Assembly (NCBI GenBank): GCA_963702205.1
Contig: OY969724.1
Coordinates: 3,904,001-3,968,000, forward strand
Reading direction: 5' to 3'
Source: an uncultured candidate division Zixibacteria bacterium
GTDB lineage: Bacteria > Zixibacteria > MSB-5A5 > GN15 > PGXB01
DNA: 64,000 bases
The notes under the pieces are model-generated. The model was given only the letters and a program-made list of their open reading frames with translations. It had not been told where the DNA came from and searched no databases. Shown one piece after another: positions 11,229 through 22,678 of the stretch; position 1 is the first letter of the stretch; the number at the start of each line of letters is the position of its first letter. The translations under genes were made by a program, and so were the position numbers.

Positions 11229-11564
11229 ACAAAATACTATAATCGCTATTGGATGTATGCATTTACTATCGAAGTGAAGTCTGAGAATACAAAATTCATA
11301 TAGAGCCATTTAATTAAATGTGTAATTGGACCCATAATATCCGCGTACGGACGCCGTGTCTATTTTTGTCACAAGGCATTTATTCACAATAACTTATATG
11401 ACACGACACCGGGGCAGCGGCCTCCTTGGCCACGGAATATTGCGATTTGACAAAGATTCTTAATCCGAATAACAAATATTGTCATCGTACAATGCGTATT
11501 AAGTGCGTCATTATCACTGCCAGACTACTATTGAAAGCTATATAGATTTTTCAGGAGGTATGTT

Positions 11565-14500
11565 ATGAGGAGCTGCCTAAGGATGTGCCAGAGTATCGGC
11601 CTATCGCTGATTGGCGTTTTTTGTCTCCTTTCTCCGGCGTTTTCGGCATCATTAAGCCCTATACATGACGCCCGGACATCCGCCGGACAGTCTTCCCGCC
11701 CCTTGGCCTTTACAAAGAATATGGGCCAATGGCCGGACAGCATTCTGTTCCGTGCCGACGGCGGCGGGGCAACCATGTGGTTCACCAAAAACGGCATTTA
11801 TTATCAGTATTTTCGAAAAATCGAGAGCTCCGACCCTGCTTCAAAATCGGGGAACGTTGATTTTCCGGACGAATTACAACGCGAGCCTGACAGTGTCGAG
11901 ACGATGATGATCAAAGCCGAGTTTGTCGGCGCCAATCCGGAAGTGGAAGTCTCGGAGCTGAACAGGCTTGAATACAACTGCAATTATTTCCTCGGAAATG
12001 ATCCGTCCGGATGGCGGACAGATGTCGCCAATTATTCCGGAATAAAGATGAAAAATATCTATCGCGGGGTGGATGTCGTCTACCAGAATCAGGACGGCGA
12101 ATTTACATTTATAGTGGAACCCGAATCCGAGGACCGTCTATCTCAGGTTCACGTCATTTACAAGGACGCTTCACAAGCTGAAATCGGCAATGATGAAAGT
12201 CCGGAAATTCAAACGAAGTTCGGGGAAATGTCCTGTTCCGGCATTTTGATTTCCAATGGGTCGAGACGGATAATCAATGAATCATCGCGGCAGGCCGAGT
12301 CATCAACAAACGTATCTCTTGTATACAGTACGTATCTTGGGGGGGCAGATAACGATGAGGGTCGCGGTATCGTTGTGGATACTTCAGAAAATGCGTATGT
12401 CGCAGGAACCACCCTCTCAGCCGATTTCCCAACCAGCGGGCCATATCAAGCCGACCCGGCAGACAGTTATGATGCTTTTGTAACCAAGTTTAATAGCACC
12501 GGAAGCAACCTGGTTTACAGCACTTTTATTGGAGGCGGCGCTTCGGATATCGCATATAATATCGATATTGATTCCTCCGGAAATGCGTATATAACTGGCC
12601 AGACATCGTCTTCAGATTATCCCACTGAAAACCCGTATCAGACAGATCAGGGCAGCAGTGATTTCTTTGTGACGAAGTTAAACAGCTCCGGCAATAGCCT
12701 TATATTCAGCACTTATCTTGGAGGGTCGAGTACCGAACAATTCCCATTTATTGCTGTCGATGCATCTGGAAATGCGTATGTAACCGGGCAAACAAGCTCT
12801 ACCAATTTCCCTACTCTCAATCCTTATCAGACAGACCAGGGATCCGTCGACGCTTTTGTAACAAAATTCTCCAGTTCAGGCAGTCTGATTTATAGTACCC
12901 TATCTTGGTGGAGCATCTACTGATAATGGTTGGAATATAGCTGTTGATGCGACCGGACATGCCTATGTTATCGGCGTGACGACATCAACCGATTTCCCCA
13001 CCGTAAATCCGTACCAGACAGACCCGTCGCCGGGATTTATTTCTGATATTTTCGTTGCCAAACTCAACAGTTCGGGAAACGGCATCGACTATAGCACATA
13101 TATTGGTGGAAGCGGCGATGACGTCGGCAACGGGATAGCTGTCGACGCTTCCGGAAATGCCTATATTATTGGTTGGACAAATTCTACAGATTTCCCCACT
13201 GTAAATCCGTATCAAACAGACCCGGGGGACGCGGAATCAGATATAATTGTGGCGAAACTAAACAACTTGGGCAACGGTTTTCTCTACAGCACTTATCTTG
13301 GAGGCAGCTCTTATGAAACAGGCAACGATATTGCAATCGATGCCTCCGGAAACGCTTATGTAACTGGCGAGACAGGTTCGACTGACTACCCGACCCAAAA
13401 TGAATACCAGACGGACCCTGGAGATGGTCTCGGAGATGCTTTCATAACCAAGCTGGATGTCTCGGGGGGGCTTGGATACAGCACTTATCTCGGTGGATCG
13501 GGTATTGACAGAACCAGAAGCATAACCGTTGACGCCGCAGGTGATGCTTATGTTTGCGGTATTACCACTTCGGCCGATTTCCCTGTTGTAAGCCCTTTTC
13601 AGACTTTCCCGGATGACAACGACGCGGGCAACGCCTTTGTAACCAAGCTCTCTTTGCCGGAACCAAATCGAATACTGAGTTTAGATGATGCGGGCAGTTC
13701 GAGTTTGAGATGGGCCATTGATAATCTGAACGCCGATCCTGATATTGATACATTATTTTTCGATGTTTCGGGCACAATACATCTGGTAACGCCGCTTCCG
13801 ACCATTACCGATGACAGCATTGTAATCCTCGGTTCCTCGGCTCCCGGAGGAGCGTATTCGGTCGTTATCGACGGATCAGGGTTGGCCAAAACCATAAACA
13901 GCGGCCTGATCGTTGCCAGCTCGCATAACAAAATCGAGGGATTAACTATCTCCGGTTTTGCCGGAAACGGGATAGAAATCACCGGCGCAAGCGCTGTCAA
14001 CAATACCATAACCAACAACCTCATCTATGATAATGGGGGGCTGGGGATCGACCTCAATGACGATGGAGTTACAATCAACGATGGCGGCGACGCCGACAAT
14101 GGGCCAAACGATCTGGTTAATTACCCGGAAATCGATTCGCTCATTATGAATCCCGACAGCTCCTTTTGGGTATATGGCCGGGCTTCCGACAGCGGTGTTG
14201 TTGAATTTTTCGTGGCCCATCCTGAAGGCGATATGGCTAAACCGGCTGACCCATCCGGTAATGGTGAAGCATGGTCATTTATAGGTACAGATACCGCTGA
14301 TATAAATGGCAACTTTGACTATCTTATCAATAATACCATCAAGTATTTTTCACTTGTCACCGCGACTTGCACTGATACTATGGGCAATACCTCGGAATTT
14401 TCCCCCAATTTTAACCTGATTCCGACGCCTCTTATTATCGTGGGATATTCGCCGATCAACATTGAGGTAATCAATCCGGCGGGCGACAGCATCGGCAAAC

Positions 14501-14991
14501 TGTCGGATAATACGCCTTTCAATACGATTGGATCCAACGCCACCTATGATGACAATGTGCATGATTCGATTACAATAAACTATCCGATTGAGGGAGACTA
14601 TATAATAATAATTCGTCCCCAGGGCGATCCTCCCTTGGGAGCGCTGTATTCCATTGGCATAACCATTGACGGTTCCCTTCAGGCGATCGTTGCTGACAAT
14701 GCCGATGTCCCCGCATCGGGCACGGCCGATACAATTGGCTATATAGTTGCCGAGGGTTACCACTATATGAATGGTGATGCCTCGCGTGACAGTAATGTAA
14801 ACCTGATAGACATATTATATCTTATCGCATATTTATATGATGAACCGGCAGGCCCTGCTCCCGATCCCATCCTGGCCGGCGATGCCAACTGCGATCAGGC
14901 CCTTAATTTGATTGATATATTATATTTGATTTCTAATTTGTACGATGATCCGCCTGGTCCGGAACCATGTCACTGGGAGAGTCACGAGTAA
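11565..14991 (+). CDS. Secreted SBBP-repeat beta-propeller + beta-helix + dockerin-like protein, split by a +1 frameshift at about 12900
   Basis: FTKNMGQW N-terminal domain; YSTYLGG and IAVDxxGNAY repeats; removing one C in ACCCTAT gives 1141 aa versus 1140 aa for the paralog at 17871. Confidence 0.85.
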
Positions 14992-15035
14992 TTCAAAACG
15001 AACCCGCCATTTCCAATATAAACTCCGGCGAGAAA

Positions 15036-15120
15036 AATGGGATGCGCGACAAGCACGCATCCCATTGTATTACAATATGCAACAATTTAAGCTTCCCTAA
15101 CCGTGCAGAACTCAGAACTT
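15036..15120 (+). repeat. Composite site 2: hairpin, 11-7-11 palindrome (15056-15084), GCTTCCC core, right arm type B
   Basis: AATGGGATGCG..CGCATCCCATT GTATTAC AATATGCAACA ATTTAA GCTTCCCTAACCGTGCAGAACTCAGAACTT. Confidence 0.75.
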
Positions 15121-15356
15121 ATCGAATGAAAGTCCATTTGCAAAAATTTCGCTGGCTCTCCATTTGGATAAATAGTGGGTCTATAAGTACATTTAATTAC
15201 TACAAATGGCCGCCCTGTGCAGTTTTAATCGAAATTTCCGCCACTTATGAATCTTTACTTACTTAAATTATTTTTCAAAGGCATTAGTTTTGCATTTCAC
15301 CTTTCAACTTTTATCGAGAAAACATTCTCAGGACGCTCTTTGCGAAATTCATGCTA

Positions 15357-17408
15357 TCAGGGGCATTTGGGTTCGGGTCCGGGCGGATCTCCATAAATAA
15401 AGCCAATCAGGTAAAGAATATCTATCAAATTCATGGACCCATCTGCGTTGGCGTCGCCCGATAGAGGCAAAACCAATGCAGGCTGTATCGAATCGTCATA
15501 GAGGAAGGAGATCATATATGTAATATCCAATAGATTTACGTCATCATCCCCATTTGCATCCCCGCATACCGGGCCGGCCCACTCGTTCAGGAAGCTCAAT
15601 ACTCTTGTCAGCACTTCGTTTCGTGTATTCCAGTTTGCGAAATTGGCAATGCCCTCGTAGCCAAATGAAAAGAATACTGTCTTATAGGCCCCAGAAAAGC
15701 TCACGGCGGAATATGCCGAAGGATCATTGCTGAAACTGAATTCGGGGATTCCACCATTAATGGGAGCGATTTTTTGGGACAAAGAAATGGCCTGTTGCGC
15801 TCCGCCGGAATAGCGGATTTTCAAATTATGGCCAATCGGAGAGCCATCAACACCTTCGTGTTCATACCAGAAGTGCTGCCCATTGTATTCAACATGTAGA
15901 TAGTCATTTAGAAATATCGGGTCTTCGTTATTCAATTCTCCTGCCAACCCTTGTCCCGTCAAAAATAAATTACCGCCATTGTCCAGATAATACTTCATGG
16001 ACGCTATATCAGAAGGCTGCAAAAAGTCATCGGTGCTGTCGCACGTAAACCAGACAACCGTATTATATTTGGCCAATTCTGATCCCGACGGTGATCCATT
16101 ATTGAATTTGTCCCATATATGGACCGGCATGCCTTTAAAACGAAAGTCATAGACATAAAAATATTCGTCATAGGTATTGCCGCGGTCATCATCGACGAGC
16201 AGAACCTGGGTGTGTCCAATTTCGTGTTCCATCATGAAGCTGTGATCATAAACTCCGCTATCCGATTCGATTGTAACAAAAAAGGTATCATAAACTGGAT
16301 GTGCAATATCCGGGATGACGAATTCAAAGGGGATTGACACATTATCGATTGTACCACCGTCCCCAAATGCGGTCTGGTACGATATAGTGTTGTTTATGAA
16401 GGTTATACTCGGGTTGCTGGATGCCATAGTAACCTTGGCATTAGGATCGTCGATGCCTATATTGCGTAGAAAGAAATAAACCTGGGCATTTTCTCCGGGA
16501 TCAAAGAAACCATCATTATTACCGTCGACGAATTGTGTGGAATCCATAATGTAATAAGCACGTGCCCAAATTACGTTTCTGAATACTGTCACACCTAAAA
16601 TACCCCATTGGTTCCCCGGCGCAATCTCACTCCAGTCATACCAATGCATATTATCGTCCCAAGTATCATGGATTCCGAATTCATGAGTATCATCGTTATA
16701 GCCGATACCCGTTACAAAGTGGTCGGTTTCACCGTCACCGTCGGTGTCGACAATAATACCAACGGGCCTGTTATTATCGATTTCATCTTTATAGTCGGAC
16801 CAACTGAAATTAGAAAATACATAATCCAATTCCTGAGGTCTGAGATTCGGTTCGGCCATGGCAACGTATTGAATCAGCGCATTACCGATATCATCCCACC
16901 AGCTCCAGCCGTATTGATTACCCACAGAACTTCTCGATGTCAGCATGAAATCCGCCAGGCAATTATCGGCATGGGCGCCCCCCGTTTCGGATCGATCCGG
17001 TTGTATAGTTCCGAAATCATCTATTGGACAGGCATAATCGTGAAAGTGGTCCGACATAGCAACTTCACACCACGGAGATTGACTGTCGGTCCCAATCATG
17101 GCATCGACGGCAGCCGACTGGGTAGTGGCATCGCCGGGTATAAGGTCAGGAGCGCCATGCGAGTCATAATACCCGACTATCATGCCGATAGCCGTAGGGC
17201 CGCACCCATGATGCCACATATACGCTGGAACTCCGTCGATAACTACCTGGCCGCTTTTATCCGGCCTTTTACCACGATCGATTCCCGGAGGAGGTACCGG
17301 CCCCATGGTCGTGCGCTGAGCGAATACGGCATTTAATGAAACGCCAACAAGGCTGAGAGCCATTAACGCAATAATATGGATTTTTTTGAACTGGTATTTC
17401 TTCACCAT
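15357..17408 (-). CDS. Secreted papain-like (C39-like) cysteine peptidase with dockerin-like tail
   Basis: Signal peptide; HGCGPTA (Cys), DHFVTGIGY (His), IHDTW (Asp); GDANGDDDVNLLDI tail. Confidence 0.75.
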   Translation of the reverse strand: MVKKYQFKKIHIIALMALSLVGVSLNAVFAQRTTMGPVPPPGIDRGKRPDKSGQVVIDGVPAYMWHHGCGPTAIGMIVGYYDSHGAPDLIPGDATTQSAAVDAMIGTDSQSPWCEVAMSDHFHDYACPIDDFGTIQPDRSETGGAHADNCLADFMLTSRSSVGNQYGWSWWDDIGNALIQYVAMAEPNLRPQELDYVFSNFSWSDYKDEIDNNRPVGIIVDTDGDGETDHFVTGIGYNDDTHEFGIHDTWDDNMHWYDWSEIAPGNQWGILGVTVFRNVIWARAYYIMDSTQFVDGNNDGFFDPGENAQVYFFLRNIGIDDPNAKVTMASSNPSITFINNTISYQTAFGDGGTIDNVSIPFEFVIPDIAHPVYDTFFVTIESDSGVYDHSFMMEHEIGHTQVLLVDDDRGNTYDEYFYVYDFRFKGMPVHIWDKFNNGSPSGSELAKYNTVVWFTCDSTDDFLQPSDIASMKYYLDNGGNLFLTGQGLAGELNNEDPIFLNDYLHVEYNGQHFWYEHEGVDGSPIGHNLKIRYSGGAQQAISLSQKIAPINGGIPEFSFSNDPSAYSAVSFSGAYKTVFFSFGYEGIANFANWNTRNEVLTRVLSFLNEWAGPVCGDANGDDDVNLLDITYMISFLYDDSIQPALVLPLSGDANADGSMNLIDILYLIGFIYGDPPGPEPKCP

Positions 17409-17870
17409 TGGTCCTCTACTTATTGTTTTCGTTTGTCAAAATGTGTTGTGACCGCCAAGTTGTCGGCACCGAAATGATTTATTGTATTAATAAGGCATTT
17501 ATGGACCCATAATGTCAAGTATTTATTTAGATTGCAACAAATTAATTCCTGGATCCCGGAATTGCTGGATGCCTCCGAGTTGATGCTTATTTATCCGGAG
17601 TTCATTAAATCCATACTATTCACTGGGAAGATGGGCCCACAATTTCCAAATAAAAACGCCGTGTCTGTTTTTGTCACAAGACATTTATCAGCAACAACTT
17701 ATATTACATGACCCCGGGGCAGCGGCCCGCTTAACACCCGGAATATTGACATTCGACACAGATTCTTAATCCAGATAACAAATATTGCCATCTTACAATG
17801 CGTATTTAGTGCGTCATTCTCAAGGCCAGACTACTATTGAAAACTTCATAGTTTTTTCAGGAGGTATGTT

Positions 17871-20800
17871 ATGAGGAGCTACCTAAAGATTTGCCAGAAT
17901 ATAGGCTTGTCGCTGATTGGCATATTTTGTCTCCTTACTCCGGCGTTTTCGGCGTCATTAAGCCCTATACATGATGCCCAAACATACGCCGGACAGTCGT
18001 CCCGCCCCCGTGCTTTTACAAAGAATATGGGTCAATGGCCGGACAGCATTCTGTTCCGCGCCGACGGCGGCGGGGCAACCATGTGGTTCACCAAAAACGG
18101 TATTTACTATCAGTATTTCCGGAAAATCGAGAGCTCCGACCCCGCTTCAAAATTGGCCAACAATGATTTTCCGGACCAATTGCAACGGGAGCCTGACAGT
18201 GTCGAGACGATGATGATCAAAGCCGAGTTTGTCGGCGCCAATCCGGAAGTGGAAGTCTCGGAGCTGAACAGGCTCGAATACAACTGTAATTATTTTCTCG
18301 GAGACGATCCAGCCAGATGGCGGACAGACGTCCCCAATTATTCCGGAATAAAGATGAAAGATGTCTATCCCGGGGTGGATGTCGTCTACCAAAATCAGGA
18401 CGGGAAAATAACATTTAAAGTGGAACCCGAATCCGCGGACCATCTATCTCAGGTGCATGTCATATACAAGGACGCTTCGCAAGCTGAAATCGGCAACGAT
18501 GAAAGTTCAGCCATTCAAACGAAGTTTGGAGAAATGTCCTGTTCCGGCATTTTGATATCAAGTGGAATAAAGCCGATCATAAACGAATCACCGAGTCAAT
18601 CAGAGTCATCGACAAACTTATCTCTTGTTTATAGCACCTATCTTGGAGGATCATTTGCTGATATTGGCCTCGGTATAGCCGTCGATGCTTCAGGCAATGC
18701 TTTTATCACGGGAAACACTTCATCTGCTGATTTTCCCACCAGCGATCCATACCAACCCGGCGCTTCTAATGCTAATCTTGATGTTTACGTTACCAAGCTG
18801 AATAGCTCCGGCAACAACCTTATCTACAGTACATATCTCGGGGGATCAAGTGCAGATCGTGGCGTTGATATCGCAAACGATGTTTTAGGAAATATTTATG
18901 TGTCCGGAAATACGGGTTCCTCCGATTTTCCTACTAAGACCCCATACCAGACGGACCAGGGCGGGGCTGATATTTTCGTAACCAAATTTAATAGCGCTGG
19001 CAATAGCCTGATTTATAGCACGTATCTTGGAGGGTCAGATGATGAATCTTTAGGGTTCATTGCTGTCGATGCTGCAGGAAATGCCTATGTATCCGGTGGT
19101 TCAAATTCCACGGATTTCCCTACTCTCAACCCGTATCAGGCCGACCAGGGAGATGAGGACGCAGTTGTAACCAAATTCACCAGCGTAGGCGATCTGGTTT
19201 ACAGCACTTACCTCGGTGGCTCAGGTGCAGATCACGGTTATGGTATAGCTGTTGATGTCAATGAAAATGCGTATATAATTGGTGTGACTTTATCAACCGA
19301 TTTCCCAACTTTGAATCCCTACCAGGCAGATTTAAATAATGGGTCTCTTGATATTTTTGTAGCCAAACTCGATAGTTCGGGTAATAACCTTGACTACAGC
19401 ACCTATCTCGGAGGGAGCATTTATGAATATGGCTATGGTATCGTTGTTGATGCTTCTGGAAATGCTTATGTTAGTGGTTATACATATTCTACCGATTTCC
19501 CTACGAAAAATCCATATCAAATCGACCCGGGAGATGGAACTTATGATGCCTTTATTGCCAAACTAAATAGTTCGGGCAATAACCTGATTTACAGCACTTA
19601 TCTTGGAGGCAGTGCTGATGACCAAGCTTATGGTATTGCAATCGATGCTTCCGGAAACGCTTATGTAACTGGCAGAACTGGTTCGACTGACTACCCGACC
19701 CAAAATGAATACCAGACGGACCCCGGAGACGAAGCAGCAGATGCTTTTGTAACAAAACTGGATGATTCGGGAGGTCTTGTGTACAGCACTTATCTAGGTG
19801 GAACAGGGATTGATGTTGGCACGAGCATAGCCGTGGATGCCCCAGCAGATGTTTATATCACTGGATACACATATTCTGCGGATTTCCCTACTGCAAATCC
19901 TTTTCAAGCAGATCCAGGAGGGGGTATTGAAGACGCTTTTGTTTCCAAGCTATGTTTACCGGAACCAAATCGAATATTAAATCTGGATGATGCGGGTAGT
20001 TCCAGTTTGAGATGGGTCCTTAATAATCTTAATGCCGACCCCAATATTGATACTGTGATTTTTGACGTTTCTGGCACAATACATCTGGAGACGCCACTTC
20101 CGACTATTTCTGACGACGGTATTACAATTCTCGGTTCCACGGCTCCCGGAGGCGCGTATTCGGTCGTAATCGACGGATCAGGGTTGGCCAAAACCATAAA
20201 CAGCGGCCTGATTATTGCCAGTTCAAATAATAAAATCGAGGGATTGACTATCTCAGGGTTTGCCGGAAACGGGATAGAAGCCACCGGGGCAAATTCAACT
20301 AACAACACTATAACCAACAACCTCATCTTCAATAATGGAGGATTGGGAATCGACCTCAATGACGATGGGGTTACAATCAACGATGATGGCGATTGTGACA
20401 GTGGTCCGAATAACCTGATTAATTACCCGGAAACGGATTCTCTCATAATGGATTTTATTGGTTCATTCAGGGTTTATGGCCGGGCTGCAGAGAATGGGAT
20501 AATTGAATTCTTTGTAGCCCATCCGGCCGGTGACACGTCCAAACCGGCTGATCCCTCCGGGCATGGTGAAGCGTGGTCATACATAGGTTCGGATACAGCA
20601 GATTGTAATGGCGGCTTTGATTTTATGATTAATGATGCCATCCCATATTTTTCACTTGTAACTATGACTTGTACCGATAACATGGGCAATACCTCGGAAT
20701 TTTCCCCCAATTTCAACCTCATCCCAACCCCGCTTATTATAGTCGGATATTCACCAATCAACATTGAAGTAATCGATCCTACGGGCGACAGCATCGGCAA

Positions 20801-21293
20801 ACTTCCGGATAATACATTTTTCAACACTATCGGATTCAACGCTACGTATGATGAGACTGAACATGATTCGATCACAATAAATAATCCCATTGAGGGCAAC
20901 TATATAATAATCATTCATCCACAAGGCGACCCTCATGCGGGAGAGCTGTATTCTATCGGCGTTACCATTGACGGCTCCCAACAGGCTATCATTGTTGACG
21001 ATGTTAACGTACCTACGTCTGGTACGGCTGATACGCTTGGATATATAGTCACAGACGGTTACCATTTCATGAACGGCGATGCTTCGCGCGACGATCATGT
21101 GAACCTGATGGATATTACTTACCTTATAGCATACCTATATTATGAACCTCCGGGGCCGGCTCCATATCCATTGACTGCAGGTGATGCCAATTGTGACCAG
21201 GCCCTTAATCTGGTTGATATATTGTATCTGGTTTCATACTTGTACGATGATCCGCCTGGCCCGGAACCATGTCACTGGGAGAGCTACGAATAG
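17871..21293 (+). CDS. Secreted SBBP-repeat + beta-helix + dockerin-like protein, paralog of 11565..14991
   Basis: Near-identical N-terminus and upstream DNA; YSTYLGG repeats; PEPCHWE tail. Confidence 0.85.
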   Translation: MRSYLKICQNIGLSLIGIFCLLTPAFSASLSPIHDAQTYAGQSSRPRAFTKNMGQWPDSILFRADGGGATMWFTKNGIYYQYFRKIESSDPASKLANNDFPDQLQREPDSVETMMIKAEFVGANPEVEVSELNRLEYNCNYFLGDDPARWRTDVPNYSGIKMKDVYPGVDVVYQNQDGKITFKVEPESADHLSQVHVIYKDASQAEIGNDESSAIQTKFGEMSCSGILISSGIKPIINESPSQSESSTNLSLVYSTYLGGSFADIGLGIAVDASGNAFITGNTSSADFPTSDPYQPGASNANLDVYVTKLNSSGNNLIYSTYLGGSSADRGVDIANDVLGNIYVSGNTGSSDFPTKTPYQTDQGGADIFVTKFNSAGNSLIYSTYLGGSDDESLGFIAVDAAGNAYVSGGSNSTDFPTLNPYQADQGDEDAVVTKFTSVGDLVYSTYLGGSGADHGYGIAVDVNENAYIIGVTLSTDFPTLNPYQADLNNGSLDIFVAKLDSSGNNLDYSTYLGGSIYEYGYGIVVDASGNAYVSGYTYSTDFPTKNPYQIDPGDGTYDAFIAKLNSSGNNLIYSTYLGGSADDQAYGIAIDASGNAYVTGRTGSTDYPTQNEYQTDPGDEAADAFVTKLDDSGGLVYSTYLGGTGIDVGTSIAVDAPADVYITGYTYSADFPTANPFQADPGGGIEDAFVSKLCLPEPNRILNLDDAGSSSLRWVLNNLNADPNIDTVIFDVSGTIHLETPLPTISDDGITILGSTAPGGAYSVVIDGSGLAKTINSGLIIASSNNKIEGLTISGFAGNGIEATGANSTNNTITNNLIFNNGGLGIDLNDDGVTINDDGDCDSGPNNLINYPETDSLIMDFIGSFRVYGRAAENGIIEFFVAHPAGDTSKPADPSGHGEAWSYIGSDTADCNGGFDFMINDAIPYFSLVTMTCTDNMGNTSEFSPNFNLIPTPLIIVGYSPINIEVIDPTGDSIGKLPDNTFFNTIGFNATYDETEHDSITINNPIEGNYIIIIHPQGDPHAGELYSIGVTIDGSQQAIIVDDVNVPTSGTADTLGYIVTDGYHFMNGDASRDDHVNLMDITYLIAYLYYEPPGPAPYPLTAGDANCDQALNLVDILYLVSYLYDDPPGPEPCHWESYE

Positions 21294-21337
21294 ACTATAA
21301 CGATTACCGCCATTTCCAAAATAGTCTCCGGATGAAA

Positions 21338-21425
21338 CAATGGGATACGCGCAAATACCGCGCATCCCATTGTATAACAATATGTTATAAGCTTTGCTCC
21401 CCTAACCGTGCAGAACTCAGAACCT
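21338..21425 (+). repeat. Composite site 3: hairpin, palindrome (21361-21389), GCTCCCC core, right arm type B
   Basis: CGCATCCCATT GTATAAC AATATGTTATA AGCTTT GCTCCCCTAACCGTGCAGAACTCAGAACC. Confidence 0.8.
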
Positions 21426-21564
21426 TTTCGACAATTTTAGAGATAAAATGACGGTATTATTCTCTAATATAGGGCATAATGGCACTCTTGGTTGATAGCG
21501 GCTATCTGTAAAAATGTTTAATATCAGGAACTGCTGTTTGCGAGGACCTTAATCCTGATTTTTC

Positions 21565-21687
21565 CTACGGAGTGCTCTTCTGTTGCTTGTCCTTCTTATC
21601 CTGTTTTATCTTTTCTTTTTGACGCTGTTTGTTTTCCTTCTGTTTCTGATTCTTGTCCTTACCCTTTTTCCCGCCTTTGTCTCCCAT
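21565..21687 (-). CDS. Small Lys/Gln-rich 40-aa protein (below the ORF-track cutoff)
   Basis: Manual translation MGDKGGKKGKDKNQKQKENKQRQKEKIKQDKKDKQQKSTP*; AAGGAG RBS upstream. Confidence 0.6.
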   Translation of the reverse strand: MGDKGGKKGKDKNQKQKENKQRQKEKIKQDKKDKQQKSTP

Positions 21688-22417
21688 AGCATGTCTCCTT
21701 TCCTTCTGCTATTTATTGTCTCGCCTTGAGAGCGCAATCGCGCCATCGATTCCGGGACTTCCTAAATTCATCGCCCTGAAGACCTGGATAATATTACTTA
21801 GCTCTTTTTATAATGGCGAAGCCTGCCAAATAATAGACGTCAAAAAGTTCCTGAAGGGCAGGAATCCCGGTCTCGTTGCTACATCTCAGCGAACATTTAT
21901 TTAGTTTATGGAATAATCTAATATGGTTCAACCAAAAAATTCGTTTTCGGGAGGATTGGATATTAATAGCAGGGTCGTCTGCGCCAGATTTAGAACTCCC
22001 CGAATGACGGTTTAAAAATTAAGTAAAGTGGTACCAATGACATATTTTTGTAAATTCTACGTAGTTTATTCCAGAACGGGGTTGGAAACCAAACCCGCGG
22101 CTCACGTTGCAGCGCAGGACGTTAGGTCAAAATATAACGATAAAGTGACCATTTTTTTTATCCCAGCGAAATGCAACCAAAGAATAAATGACCCTTTGTA
22201 AAAAGAATCGTAGGTTATTGTCTAATCATCACGTATCATATGTTGATAGGATTAATTTGAGTTCGAACTTTTTCGTAGTTTTGTTCTCATATACAACTCT
22301 CCGCTAAAGCTTAATCTCGAATTTATAGTGCAATTATGCGCAATATATCAATTGTCCTGAAGAATCTGACTGCACTGGAAGCAGTTCAACTTCGGGACAA
22401 CAATTATGGGGTGTGGA

Positions 22418-22678
22418 ATGAATATCTACATCGGAAACATGTCGTTCGATACGACGGAAGATCAGATACGCCAAGCCTTCGAGGGCTATGGCGAAGTTTC
22501 AGCTGTCAGAGTTATTACCGACAGGGACAGCGGTCAACCAAAAGGGTTCGCGTTTGTCGAGATGGAGGCAAAGGATGAAGCTGTTGCTGCCATTAGCGGC
22601 CTTAATGGCCAGGATCTTAATGGACGCGAGTTAAATGTCAACGAGGCAAAACCACGTGCCCAAAGTGAGCGCGTGTAA
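22418..22678 (+). CDS. RRM RNA-binding protein; native last 8 codons displaced by IS256
   Basis: RNP2 IYIGNM, RNP1 KGFAFVEM; original tail DNGNRRSH* at 23993-24019. Confidence 0.92.
   Translation: MNIYIGNMSFDTTEDQIRQAFEGYGEVSAVRVITDRDSGQPKGFAFVEMEAKDEAVAAISGLNGQDLNGRELNVNEAKPRAQSERV

Noticed and set aside
12895..12903. Frameshift in the SBBP gene as phase variation
   Set aside because: Only CCC, too short for a contingency tract; the corrected gene matches its paralog's length.
21995..22012. CTCCCCGAATGACG as a ninth site
   Set aside because: Needs a 2-base gap and lacks both the palindrome and the GCAAC/AGAAC arm.
22070..22128. attC-like or riboswitch-like stretch ending GTTAGG
   Set aside because: Pairing is poor, single copy, no recognisable aptamer.
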